The notes below the pieces were generated by a model. That model was given only the letters and a program-made list of their open reading frames with translations, searched no databases and had not been told where the DNA came from. DNA of 60,035 bases, counting the filler, from Diploschistes diacapsis (taxonomy: Eukaryota): NCBI GenBank assembly GCA_023645945.1. It is 5 parts of 5 records of this genome, joined end to end, with 100 filler letters (N's around TTAATTAATTAA, not from the genome) between each part and the next. Parts side by side here need not be neighbours in the genome. Positions count along the whole stretch, not along the records: positions 1 to 30,164 come from JALAIB010000129.1; 4 more parts are not named here. One strand, given 5' to 3'. A program made the translations under genes and the position numbers. This document shows, piece after piece, positions 1 to 12,784 of this stretch; within the stretch, counting starts at the first letter, position 1, and every line of letters starts with the position of its first letter.

Positions 1-1725
1 GCCCCATACTTCCCAATCCTCGCCTCCACCCTCTCCCTGACCCACGCCTCCTCAACATCCATCTCCCCCGCATCCACCTCCTCCCCGGGCCCCAGCACCC
101 TGATCCCGCCATACCCCTTCACCGTCGCCACCACGTCCCACGCCCCAATCGTCTTCTCTGGCCGCTCGGCAAGCGCGTAGTCGAAGCGGTCCCAGAACGC
201 CGGGTGCCGCACCGCCGTACCATCGCCGCTCTTGTCGTCCGTCTTGTCGTACCGCCAGTGCGTCCGGCCGATGGCCTCCAGCCCGGATCGAGGGGCCGGG
301 ATCTGTAGGAACTGTGTCGCGCCCGTCTGGGTGGTCAGCACGTCGAGGTGCACGTTCAGCACAGGCTTGCTACCGTCCGCGAAGGCGTGCAGGCTGTTAA
401 GGGCGACGGCGCCCGGGTAGTTTGTTGAGGAGATTAGAGCGAAGAGGAGGGAGAGTGCGAAAGAGGCGAGGGTCGAGAGGACGAGGGCGAGGGAGAGAAG
501 GCTGTAGAGAGGCGTTTTGGAGCGGCGGGTCCAGATCCAGGCGGCGGGGCGGGCGCAGGCAGCTGTGATGGGGGGGAGGGCGTAGATGATGAAGCGCCAC
601 TCTTTGTGCGGTTGGAGGGAGTAGATTGCGATGTAGGCTAGGTTAGGGGCAAGAAGGGAGATTGTGGAGTCGCGGAGCGAAGGGTTGGTGAGGGCAATGG
701 GTAGGCAGAAGAGGAGGAGGGCAGGGTTGAAGAGGAGCTTGGGCAGGGAGGAGGTGAAGTAGGCGTGCCAGGGCGACACCCCCCAGTTGGAAGATTGGCC
801 TTGGTAGACGTTGAAGAGAAAACTTTCGAGCTCGGGCCAGAGCGGGCGCTGCCAGAGGTAGGAGTCGAGAGGGATGGAGAAACTGCTGACGAAGACGCCG
901 ATTAAGCCGGAAAGGATGATGGTACGGATAGATAATCGGCCGCGAAGATAGGCAAATATCGTGTGGGTGCCAAGAAGAATGGCTAATTCGGAACGAAAGA
1001 CGAAGCCGAGAACGGTGAGAATAATCAGCGAGGGATTTATTGGAGGCCTGCTGGATTTTGAGGTGGTCGGCGTGGTAGAGGGACGCAGCAAAAGCCCAAG
1101 GGCCACAGTACCTTCGCAGTATAAGCTTCGTCTTGTGATCGAAGGAAGAATTTACTGAGGCCGAAAGGGATAAAATTAGGTAGAGTTCTCGATGCATAGA
1201 ACATCACATGAAACTGCACTGCTTGAAAGATAATATACCAATTTGCAGTGGCAGAGCCGAACGCTTTCGATATTGAATTCCGGAACGACAGTAAACAAAA
1301 AGCATTATATAGCCCTAAGGCTGCCCTGACTGTGAGGATGGTCAGCAAGACAAGTTTGTCTCTTTCAAGCTCGCTTACCTAGAACTTGCTCATCGACTCC
1401 TTTGACATACTTCACGAAAGGCCGAGCGACTGTTGCAAGCAAAACGGGAGCAACAAAAGTCCTTGGCACGGGGTGCAATTCTGGATACCTGACATGATCG
1501 TAATAGGCGGCAAGGTACAGTTCTCGACCCTCAGTGGGGATGCCACACTTCAGAACGTCGTGGGTTGCTTGTAGTGTGAAAGATTCCTCGATCTTAGTAT
1601 ATGGCGCAATTGATAGAAACAGAAGTATTAGGGAAGGTATCAAGAGCGCAATGATGATATCTAGTTTGCCTTGGTTAGCTTTCAGCCGATTTTGCTGGCG
1701 AGAATTTACCGAGAACACGACTCAT
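1..1725 (-). CDS. ALG12: Dol-P-Man alpha-1,6-mannosyltransferase (GT22); 3' end runs off the window start
   Basis: Spliced translation gives APYTKIEESF..QATHD, FHVMFYASRTLPN, VFRSELAILL, DSYLWQRPLWPEL, SNWGVSPWH, YSLQPHKEWRFIIY. GT-AG introns lie near 1670-1709, 1335-1378 and 1112-1155. The ATG at 1725 is inferred. Confidence 0.92.
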
Positions 1726-1918
1726 TCTACCATCAAGAACAAGGAAACTTGAAAAATTCAAATAGATGCTCCTAGTCAATCACCAAGCAACTAATCTAAA
1801 TCTTTAATACGTCCTGAATCATGTGTACTTGAGTTCTCTGTAATTGAACGCGAATAAGGTCTCTGTAGGGACGAAGTCGCCTCCGGTTTTGGCTTAATAA
1901 ATTTTTAAAAAATGTATA

Positions 1919-2127
1919 ACGTGTTCCACCACATAACGGATCACCCCACAAAGCGGTTCACTACATTATAATGTAACTGCGCTAGATAGTTTTAAGCGAG
2001 CTTTTGAGCCCCACAACCACACATAAAATTATTTGTACGAAACTAAATCTGTTTTTAACTACATTATACGAAGGTGCAGGGATTGTGAACCGCTTTGTGG
2101 GGTGATCCGTTGTGTGGTGAAACACGT
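1919..2127. mobile_element. Tc1/mariner (pogo/Fot1-like) MITE, ~209 bp
   Basis: About 43-bp TIRs (ACGTGTTCCACCACATAACGGATCACCCCACAAAGCGGTTCAC and its near-perfect reverse complement), TA on both sides, no coding capacity. A second copy is at 37753-37897. Confidence 0.88.
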
Positions 2128-2849
2128 TATATTTTCAAACCCACTCACGATTATAAAAAACCCATATATAAATGTATTAACGTATTTCAAACCGAAGAAT
2201 TATAATTTAATTATTTCATCTTAACCGGTAATTAATAGACTAATGAATTCTATATTTCGTAATGAGGCGCCGGTATAGGAAAGAATATCATACTACTAGG
2301 AGCCGAGTATGATCTAGAAAGATTACGTGTAGCTAGCAATTTAAAGATAAAGTTAAACAAAGAATAATAGAAGAAGAAAAAATTAATTTTAGAAGAAACC
2401 AGCGACACAAGCATTGGCGACACTTTTCAAACATTATTTATTTTTTATGTTTCATGTTTCAAGAACGGAAATGCTATGAATTTTCTTAAAGATCCTCAAA
2501 TTCTTATTTTTCACAGCGTTTATAAATAAAGTTTAATATTGCTGCGTCTAGCGCTAACCCGCTGGGTATTTGCTCCGATATTCAGCTGTAAAATTCCACT
2601 TTGGAAGAAACCAGCAGATAACATAACACAAAGTGCTTTCTTTAAATAAAGGATTTGCGCAAGCTTGCTCAAACTTGTTGATCAGATACTTGAGAAGCGG
2701 CAAGCAAGTTCAAGCCACTGACCTGTATGTAGTGTATGCCTCTTCTGATCCTAGTGAGTTCGTGGCATTTGCATGGCATTTACTAGACATACAATTGCTT
2801 CTTGAGCGAGGCCAAGCCACCAGGCAGAGGTCCAGTAGACTATTTAATC

Positions 2850-4430
2850 TCACCGTGCAGGTATTAGCCCTACTTTGCACCCGTCCTGGTTTCGCGCCAC
2901 CAGTTGTAACGTCACAGCATACTTATTGGGGTCTCTACTCTCAAGACTTTCGAAGGATTGGCGAGCCTAAGGATCACGCATGATGCCTCGCCCAAAGCCT
3001 TGTAGCGGCCAAGGCATGCCCGCATTCCTCCCCCAAAAGCCATATCTTGCCACGGCCCGGGCTGGACGGAGTTCCATCTCTCGGGGTCGAATGTATCCAT
3101 TCTTGGTCCCAAGACCGATTCGTTTCTATGTAACGTATAGAAGTCCGCAATACTCTGATACCGGCGGGAATGAAGATAGGCTTGTCCCCTTGGCCCCACT
3201 ACCAGTTGGGAGAACGGTATCGCTGAGAGAACCTCGAGCCAGGAGTGGGAAAACCGGGTAAATCGAAGAGCTATGTGGATAAGTCAGCCAGAGGTTCGCT
3301 CGTGATTGAACGACACGCATACATTCGCTGAGTATGTTCTTCAGCAATGGATTCCGCCTAACTACCTCAATGGATAATGCATTGGGACTAAGATCAAGCA
3401 CTTCGGTGCGCAAGCGGTCCCAGAGATCGGGACGTTAAGACAGAATATGGTGTTGCAAAGGAGAACAGGGAGGGTATCCTGAGCTCCCATCATTGCTTGA
3501 ATGGCCTGATTACGAATCATAAGCTCGTCATCCGTCTGGGGTATCGTGGCATTGATCACGCTATGCTTGTCCATCAGTGGGTCACTGTCCCCAGACTTCC
3601 GTCCTTCGAGGGCTCGCTTGGTGTAGAAGTCGAAGAATTTGTCGCTCTATCTTCCAATGCTTGTACCTCACTGAGTTTGGCAGCAACACCCTGAATGAAC
3701 CGAGTAGCATTCTAAGGCCGCAACCCTGTAGTGAGAGCTGCCATGCCTCCGAAGATCCTTTGTCCTTGACCGGGAGGTCCACCGAGTCCTTGTCAGACAG
3801 AAGGCCCAGAGACTCACCGAGGACGAACGTGGAGGACGTATCAACAAACTAGGGGCCAGTAATCAGAAAGAAATTGTCTTAACTTGAGTCGAAGGTCTCA
3901 CCAAAGCCGAAAGCAGAGGATCTAGGTCAACCGTCGAGCTCTCCTTCGGAAGCTTGGTTATAAGCTGTGCAAGAGATTCTTCGAAACCAGCCAGATTCGA
4001 AATCTTGCTCTTGTGGAAGAATGGCTTGAGCATGTTTCTCGATCGTTCCCAGGTAGTGCCGTCGGTGGACAGCAGACCATCTCCACAGAATGGACGAAAC
4101 CCTTCATACCGGTATGGTTTGATACCCCAGTCTTTGGCATTGGTCCCAAAGACAGCGCGTATAGTCCCCTCGCTCGCGGTTTTGATTACGGTGCCAAAGA
4201 TGGAGGGTTCCTGAAAGGTGAGTCCATATCGACGATGCGACGCCTCACCGTCGGGCAGTATTCTTCCCTCATTTGATGCTGTGATGTCGGCAATCTTGTA
4301 TCCCAAGCCCAAGACCTGGTCGAGCGAAGGCCTCTTCGGCGGGGCCTGGCAGCCACGGCGGCGGGCTGAGATGCCTTGTACACCAAAGATAGTAGGCAGT
4401 GTTTGCTCGTGACCGCACGCTGGCATGCAT
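2850..4430 (-). pseudogene. CYP52-clan cytochrome P450 pseudogene
   Basis: Fragments GDGLLSTDGTTWERSRNMLKPFF, I-helix AQDTL, IYPVFP, DTFDPERW, heme motif AFGGGMRACLG and C-terminal ESRD..GCKVGL are spread over different frames. There are several frameshifts and a stop near 3582. Confidence 0.85.
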
Positions 4431-4787
4431 TCGTACGCCCATGCAATGTGGTGTATATGTAGCATACAACCCGAGTAGCATACAATACAGCTGTGCTTAG
4501 CGGGGCTTATTGACTCAGTACTTCTGAAAAGTACCTCCAATGTACCACAGGCTTGTAAACCTAAGACGGCATGGTATATAGCTACACGTGACACAGCATA
4601 GAAATCATGGTGTTCCTACCCCACCCACTACCCCGCATTGCGACCCAATCCGGCCAAGCGTCGTTCATTCGGGTTAGTCTGGTCTGTGCTAAATTACGCC
4701 ATCTGATCAGTGGCCCGAATGCAGTAAGAACACGGCTCAACCCTCCACAGTTACATTTTAGTCACAATGTCTGTGGCTGCATTGCCA

Positions 4788-6458
4788 CTAATAGATTTTC
4801 AGTCTTGCGTTTCCATCGATGAGACCGGTGCGACTTTGATGAAGAGCGCTTCGCCGGTGGAAACCTCCGTGAATCTTCTTCCACGGAGGTTTCACTTTCA
4901 TCCTCATCCTCGGCTGGTGTGCTGAGGACTTAGTTTGTCCCAGAGTCGAAGCCAGGCATCGTGTTCGATGATTCGGCCTCTTCCGCATCTTCGTCCGTAT
5001 CCTCTTCCTCCTCGTCTTCGTGATCACCTTCATCTTAGATTGTTGACCTGTCGTCTTGTTCCCCAGCGTAATTGCGGCGTTCCTGTACTCCTCTGTCAGG
5101 TCCACGGCATTCTTGAACGCAGTGGCTCCATCCAGGAAGGTATCGGTAAAATCAGTCATGGCGAAGGATCTCAGTTGATGCATGTAATACTCGGGCCTTG
5201 TCCCCGGGCCTTTGGGCTGAGCAACAGAGTGGCCGTACATCTTGAGCTGGCCACCATGATAGATTGACGAGATGGTGTAGGCATTGTTGTCGTAGATAGG
5301 CTCATCTTGCCTGTATGACCGAAGGCTCTGCATGGCTCTCGCGCTTATTGCACCGTCATGGCAGGCCTGGCGTTTGGCCACTGCGAGAGACCCATCCGGC
5401 CCCTTGGCCTCTAGGAAGAAGTTCGGCACGGCGGGGAGACGAGTGTGGTTCGAAGGGATGATGTGCTTGCTGAGCTCGTTACGGACGTGTGGATGGATCT
5501 GCTCGAGCCGTGCACCGTAGTAGTAATCCGGTTTGGCCTGCGCGATGTCACCCGTTATGGGGTCGATATTGGTGAACAAGATGTTTTTTTCAGCACCCCT
5601 CGGAGCGCCCATGGCTTCCAACATTGCGGGAAGGACTGTGTCCTTTACTGCGTCCTCCCTGAACGCTTCCGTATCCGCTTCACAAATTTTGGTATACTTC
5701 CTCTGGAAATGCAGAAGGCGAAAGGGAAGGCCGAGGCTGCGCTAATCTTCTGTTGGTCTCGTCCCAGTCGGGGGGTAATGGCGGCCAGTTCCATCCGGAT
5801 ACTTTTTGTAACCATAGGGGAAGACGCCACCGTCAATGAGTCTTTGTTGATAGTTGGCGTCATTAGGATCAGACGTTTTACTGCTTTTGCTTTTCCCGCT
5901 TGTAGATTTCCCAGTTGTAGTTCTTCTTGTGGTTCTGGTCCTCGAAGTAGACGAGCCACGACTCCGATACGAACTTGGCCGGCTTGAGATCATCTTGCGA
6001 TTAAGAGGGGTAGGTTCCGGGCACTGAGCAGCATCGTCAGTTTGGGCGCTTTACATAAGGAAGCACGCAGCACATACGCCAACGAGATCCGATAAGTCTG
6101 GACCACCGTGCCGAGCGAGTCGCTTGACGCCCTTTAACGGCTCTGGTACAGAGTTGCGAAGAAAGTCGGCGGCGCATGTCCGCCGCCGAACGTTCCTCTG
6201 CTGGGCCAGGAAGTTCCGAGTAGTCGGTCTGCGGGTTTGACGGCAGGGTGAACGTGGGCGACTATTCCTTCGATGGAACTCTCTCAAGGCGTGCTCGGTC
6301 AACCATATCTTCGATAAGCTGTCCCAAAATGCTGGTGTGTCGATGTATCCTTGGGAGCGATGCGGGAGCTTCTTCTGCCTCTTAGCTGGAGGTGGGGACG
6401 GGAGATGTGGCTCCGTACGCTGTCGCTTGCGTGGATTGGAAAGTTGAGTTTCGGGCAT
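4788..6458 (-). pseudogene. Fungal PD-(D/E)xK nuclease-fold-like uncharacterised protein, frameshifted
   Basis: N-terminal exon (FWDSLSKIWLT..LARHGGPDLSDL), intron ~6021-6079, and a C-terminal domain with KPDYYYGA...PNFFLEAKGPDGS..RQACHDGA. Frameshifts are needed near 5790, 5690 and 5040. Confidence 0.6.
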
Positions 6459-7947
6459 TTAGGAGCCATCAACACCACAACCATGTGAGTCCTAAGAGCA
6501 GCAGAAGACCTGCGGCTATCCCACGCTGCGCGCCATGACCAAAGGCGGCTGTTAGGATAGCTGGAGGCCCTTCGCTTTGTAGGAATTGTCTTGGCAGACG
6601 TGTGACTTGGATTAAGTTAAGACAATCAAGATCTGAGTCATCGGCTCTAAGAGCCAATCAACGCGTAGCCGAGTTTGGGCCTAGCGCTAGGGACCAACCG
6701 GGCACCTGGTGGCAGAATATTTTGTGCCTCCGGACTTCAGGAATGTTGTGCCTCATTCCTCAGTCCGATTCTTCTTAGTTAACGTTAAGTCAAGCGATAT
6801 GAATTGCTGACACTAGGCCATGCGGCCGCGGTAGGGATGCGACTCTGCCTCCATTGGAAAGCAGGCTACATTATCTGGTAAGGATTCGTGTTGAGGCTGA
6901 TAGAACGTACTACGCACGGGGTCGACAGGCGGCTATATAGCCGCCGTTCCTTGCATCCCCTTGTATTCTTTTACACAGATCGATGGAAGATACATGGACG
7001 GGTATTCCCCAAGTACAAAAGCATCTGCTGCTCGAAGCAACTTGCATATAAAAGATCCCTTCCTGTCCAGACTGAGGTCTCGCTCATCAGACACCCTATG
7101 ATCGTCTACTCAGCATTCAAGCGACTCTAATCATTAGCACCTTGACGCTTTCTTTAATATTTACTCTTTGCTTCTATCTCATCTATTACCTTGCCTGGGA
7201 TCAGCAGCCATATCTTTAATCGGTACAGTCTGGAACACGGTGTTCAGGAAGTTCCATCAATTTCTTATTTGGCCGAAGGCGGCCCGGGCGACCTCCATCG
7301 CCGGCCGCGTGTAGGAGAGAAAAATAGTAGATAGGAAGCGAGAGTGAGGCATAGGTGAGCCGTTCGAAGCCAGCCAAGGGGCGGACGAGATGTAAAAGCA
7401 TACATGCTAACAACAAGTTACCGGTATGTTAGAAAGGACATGTTGTACGGAGGTGCCCCGGTAAATTAGGATGCCACAACATGGATACGCGGCTCACACT
7501 CATGAAAAGACAAGTCAGAGGGACTCCTACATGTGTAGATTCTACAATAACTGCATGACATAGTTAAGCAGATCTAACGTAAGACCTAGTATTCATAAAT
7601 ATCCACGGTACTGTCACATTCTAGTCCCTTGAGGCGCATTTCAAGCGCTACAATGCTACTGGTCCACCACTCGACCAACAAAAGCCCAGGATGCAGCCGC
7701 ATGGCTTTGCAATGCGCTCGCCCATATACCGCATATGTAACATGGTCACACTGGGGCTCTCGCCGGAGACTATATACAACGAACCCGTGGTATCGCGGTT
7801 GCCTTAGCTGCCCGAGTCTTGCCTATCCATCACTGACGCCTTCTGTTGGGGAATCACTCCATTTGACCGAAATGCCATCGCTATTAATCAGAAGGGATCG
7901 TTCACTGGTCTCCAGATTCATGAGCCCCTTTTCATTTTTCGCCCTGG

Positions 7948-9712
7948 TTAAGACATTCCTTTCCCTTCCTTCTCACCCATCAACCTCCAGTATTGACATG
8001 CTGCGCTCGCCGATCTGTCAAGCTGCTCGCCTATCTCCTCCCATGGGTCATTCCACTTTATGCATACCTGTAGGAGGTCCTCCTCAAAACTCCCATGGGC
8101 GCCTTTGGCGGTTAACTGTGGATTCGAGGCGATCGGTCTCATCCTCCTCGCAAGCATACGAGCCAATGTGATCCAACTCAGAGTCATAGTCGGTCAAGCC
8201 ATCACCAACTTCACTTGAGAACTCATTGCCAATCATAGGAATAACCCAAGTGCTGAGATTTTTGCTGCGCAACATCCGCGCGCCACTCTCCAAATCGACG
8301 TCCGAATCGATCTCCGAATCGCTGCTGAAGCTACTCGCTTGCGCAGCTGCCATTCTGTCAAGATCTGCCCTGACTGCGTCAAGATGGGGGTGGAGATAGC
8401 CGGTCAATAGGCATGAACTAAGCGTTAGCGGCGTGATGGCGATGCTGTCAACTTGCTGAGGATCGCCAAGTGCACGGTCTATCAGCGTCATTGACTGGTC
8501 GTAAGCAAATGATGCCATGTCGCCGTCGTCCTCGACGACAGCGGCCAAAACGACTCTCCGGAAGGGGAGTTGCGCAGCGTCATTGAGTGAGCCTCCCTGT
8601 TTCTGTCGTTCCCTTGCCTTTCGAGAGTATCGGTAGCATGCAGGCCCTCGGCTTCGCCCTGGTGGAGTGGTGATTGACGGGAGAAGAGGGCCGGATGAGG
8701 AGCCAATTCCAGCCGCTCGTTGTCGGAGCATCTTGCTGGCTCGGATTGTAGTCGATCGCGTCCGGTTCGGCGTCACATAGGCAGTGCTTGCTGTTGGTTG
8801 TGGCAACGCAAACGTCGGCATCGTTACTGCCATCCCCCACAAAGCTACCGTCGCTGGTGTAAGGGACTTAGGGCTTGGAGACATTGCGCGATGGCGAGGA
8901 AGCGAGTTTCGGCGTTGAAGCGCGATCAAAGATGCAAACGTTGCTGAGGGGAAAGGGCAGCTTTCGTCGCTTTGCCAACTGTGCGCCAATCTCATTCTGT
9001 TCCGAGATTGGCTTTGGCATTTGGCAGACAGTCGACGCGTCGGTGCCGGCTGATGAGGAGCGCCTCAGCTTCCTGTGTGTCTCGAGTGGTTGGCTTGGCC
9101 ACGTCAAAAGCACCAAGGGGACTTCTCTCCAGCCTGATGACATCATATGTAGCCATTCGGGTACGCTCTGAAACGTAGGCGACGCTGATCTGTTACCTTG
9201 ATTCATGAATCTGTCATCTTGCAGAGATGCGCGATGCTGTGCTAAGTCCAGTGGCATGTCCCCCCGACCGTTCTGTGTGTTTGGTCATCGACGACGCATA
9301 GAAGGTTATTAAACAGCAGCTCCGCCTGCACACCGCGTTGGTCCGCATCTTATATATCCGCGGCACCCTCCTCCAATCTCCATTATTCTTCTCGTAGGCT
9401 GGGCCGTCTTCTATAACCGCAGGATGTTCTACGAGGTGTTAGAAATGAGCATTCGAGTACTTATAAAAGGCTAAAACGATATACTTACGGTGAGAACTCC
9501 CCTCGAGTGGATGGTCTCGGCTCGTAGCCGCACCTCCGACGTTGAGAGCGTCAAGACACTCGGGCACAGAGCGGATCGACATCAATCCACTCGTCGGTAT
9601 CAGGCTCAGCTTCCTTGCGGGGACGGCGCCGAGCGGGTTTGGACTTCGGAGGCCCAGGATAAGGTATAAATTCAGAAAATTGGGGAGTTGAACGGAAGAG
9701 AGCAATTGCCAT
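7948..9712 (-). pseudogene. Myb/SANT-domain protein, degenerate
   Basis: ATG at 9712 (MAIALFRSTPQFSEFIPYPGPP) and a GT-AG intron at ~9431-9488. The C-terminus RRPWEF/EEDLLQVCIKWNDPWEEIGEQLDRSASAACQYWRLM has Myb-like Trp spacing and is joined only by a frameshift at ~8086. Confidence 0.5.
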
Positions 9713-10635
9713 AATTGTAGGGTGTTTGTTGGCAGTTTCAGACGGTTTGTAGCTGATTGTAGCCGCTATGGGCCTGTTGTGCCTGTCGGAAAAGGGAATG
9801 GAGGGAGTTCGCCCACGTTTAAGTAGACAGCCGCCCTCTCGCTCCTCGGCCTTCCTTCGCCCATCACCTGCCATTCCTACGTCGGATTCCGAGCGAGACC
9901 ACCAAACAACACTGAAGGCTGCGGTTATCGGGGGTGGAAGCCCTGCCAGAGTGCGCATAAACCACGCACGCCAGCCCCCCTGGGCGCAGTTACGATGGAG
10001 CGTTGTGGCGAACTCTTGGTTCGGAGGAAGAGATCGAATCATCATCTTGTCCAGCTGGAATCCGCCTCGTAGCACATGTATGCAAAACGGTCCCGGTTAT
10101 GGCGGCAATCTTTGCAACCGAGACGCGCATAGCTGGCCTTGCTGCTGCTTCTTCCTGTCACATCCCTAGGGGAGAATGAAGGAAGTTTAAGAGGTAAAGA
10201 AAAGAAGGGTGGAGGAAAGACTGTCCTTTTATGGGTTGACATCAGGGCAAGGATTAGCTTAGTAGCCTAAAAAGAGGAACCTCGATTTCCCGAAAGGGCT
10301 TTGCTATGCTTAACCTTGGAGACTTTTTATTAGTTTTTACTTCGCTTAGGAACTTGAAGGACGACATCTTGTGTCGGCAGACACATGATAAGTGTCTAAA
10401 CAATTTACGAAATGCGCAGCACTTGAGCGCACATCATCAACGACATGACACGCTCTATGAAAACGCTAATACAACATCGCCATGGCCAAGCTCTCTGATC
10501 AAAAAGATGTATAACAGATTTTAACGCAGTGATGTCTGAAACCGAGCTATATACAAGAAATGAAGAGGGTATACAGAAGTCTCATCACACTATTTTACAG
10601 TCCCACAACCTCTTCCCTACATACCACACTACTCC

Positions 10636-12011
10636 TCACCGGGCAATGCAAGCCGACACGAGTGCAGTATCATGCCACGAATTGCCGTTCTGCGTCGGCG
10701 TCTCGGTAAGTACATACGTGCTATCGAACCCACCCGCCGCCCAGCCCACATAGCCAAGATAAACATCCGAGTTCTCGTTAAGGTACTTGATCTCAGAGCA
10801 TAGGTACTTCTCGCAGCTCGCCACGTTCCCGCCGCCCGTCTCGGACAGGAGCGCCTGGCGGCCCACAGATCTGAGACTGGCCGCGAGCGGCTCAAAGGCG
10901 GAGGAGACGTTGTCCGTGACGCACTCGGCGTGGCTACCCGAGTTGTCGCTGTCGAGGTACTTGTGCACGTCGAAGATCAGGTTCGTTGTGGTGCCGTCGA
11001 GGTTCTTGACGGTCTGCAGCGCGGCGAGGGAGCCGTTGCTGACGAACTCCGCAGCGGACGTGTAGTCAGTACCGGGCAGCAGGATCAGCTGCGAGGTGGC
11101 GCCGGCCTGGCGGATGGCGGTGACGGCGGCCTGCACGGAGCCAGCCCAGGTGGTGAGGTCCGGGATGTCGTGCGGCTCGTTCATGATGCCGAATATGATG
11201 CGTGAGTCGCTGGCATATTTGGTGGCGAGCTGCGACCAGAGGCCGGCAAACTGGTCGTTGGTGGGTCCGCCCTGGCCGATGATCTTGCCGTCCCACCGGG
11301 CGTAATTGTGGATGTCGATGATGCAGTAGGCACCGGTTGAGAGGCAGGACTGCACCTCCTTGTCGTAGGTGGCCATGTTGTTGGCGTTGAGCGTGCCGCC
11401 GAGCTGGTTGTCGACGAGGTATTGCCAGCCAACGGGCAGACGGAAGATGTTCAAATTGTCGTCGTCGACAAAGTGCGACATCTGGCCGGCGGCGTTCGGA
11501 GCAGGGTAGATAGCTGAGATGCTGCATGTTCCGTCACTGACGCAGCCGAAGTCGAAACCTGCAATATTGACACCAGCGAACTTGGTCTTTCCCGAACCGG
11601 CGGAGCCACCTGAGCTCGGAGTTGGGCTCCCGCTAGAGGCAGTGCTGGTCTCGGAGGGGTTGGCCGTGGTTGGGCTCCAGCTAGAGGCAGTGCTGGTCTC
11701 AGAGGGGTGGGCCGTGGTTGGGTTGCCGCCAGCTTTTGCCCGGTTAGCATATATGGAGCAAAAAAGTGAGGTCCCTCACAGCCAGCACCTGGAAGGCATT
11801 GTGAGTAGTACGGGTTGAGCACCGAGCAATAGTAACCAGAGACGCAAGTGGTCTGTCCCGACCAGCCAATGCCACCGCCTATGGAGAAAGAGAGGTTAGA
11901 TTTTTGCGAATGGAGGCTGTTCCGACTCTACTGACATTGACCGTAGGCAGACTGCTGTGCCGATACAGCGACAGCAATCAGAGCTGCTGAGGCGAGTTGA
12001 GGGACCTTCAT
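10636..12011 (-). CDS. cel5A: Secreted endo-1,4-beta-glucanase, CBM1-linker-GH5_5 (Cel5A/EGII-like), 3 exons
   Basis: Signal [21 protein letters not shown]1 [35 protein letters not shown], catalytic NEP and LSETGG, HKYLDSD. Introns at ~11879-11935 and ~11732-11778. Confidence 0.95.
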
Positions 12012-12165
12012 GATGAGTTTGGGGGAAAGAGCGACAGTAAAGGACAAATGAGCTCAAGCGTGATGGACATGGAAACGGAGAAAGAAGAATGCTGAAAGTG
12101 TTTTATACTCCCTCAGACTCAGACTCAGACCTAGAGGTACTTTGTACAATAGATTAAGGTCTGTG

Positions 12166-12180
12166 CGGAGCTCCGGACCG
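12166..12180. promoter_or_regulatory. CGG-N5-CGG-N-CCG (CLR-1/ClrA-type cellulase activator site)
   Basis: CGGAGCTCCGGACCG is an exact match to the motif reported for Neurospora CLR-1. It lies ~155 bp upstream of the GH5 ATG, and a TATA-like TATAAAA on the minus strand is near 12102-12108. Confidence 0.6.
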
Positions 12181-12342
12181 GTGATTCGGAAACACACTAA
12201 GTGATGAAGAGGAGAATGGACCGTAGACGCTCGGTAAAAGCCAGCGTCCCAGTTATTGAGTACAGCCAAAGACGAGATCTTACTTGGCCACTATAAGTCT
12301 GGTAAAAGGCAAGTATGCATACTTACGTACGTCGTACGTCGT

Positions 12343-12384
12343 AGACAGACAGACAGACAGACAGACAGATAGATAGATAGATAA
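12343..12384. repeat. Compound (AGAC)n(AGAT)n microsatellite
   Basis: Directly visible. Confidence 0.9.
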
Positions 12385-12784
12385 ATACAAAGTACTCAGG
12401 CTGGGTACGTATGCAATATTGGACCTCGAGACATGCTGACCTGTCTGGCCAAGGAGAGGAGTCAGGCACACAAAATCTGCAAGAGATTTCAGAAAGTCGG
12501 CCCAGCAGTGGGATTGGCCAGCAAAACGGCCTAAGGGTCTGAAAGGTAAAAAGAATATTTTATCCGGGAACAGAACACAGATACGACCTGGTACGGGGAC
12601 TATATCCGAATTGCACACGGAATGGCAGACGGAAGAATGAATACCTGAAGCACAAAACAGAAACACCAACAAGACGTTGAACAGGCAAAATGGGTATCAG
12701 CCGCTATATCTCAACAAGCCATTGGCCATTAGCCATTTAACCATTCGGTATACCGCCAGCACTTATGCAGAACATACATACATA

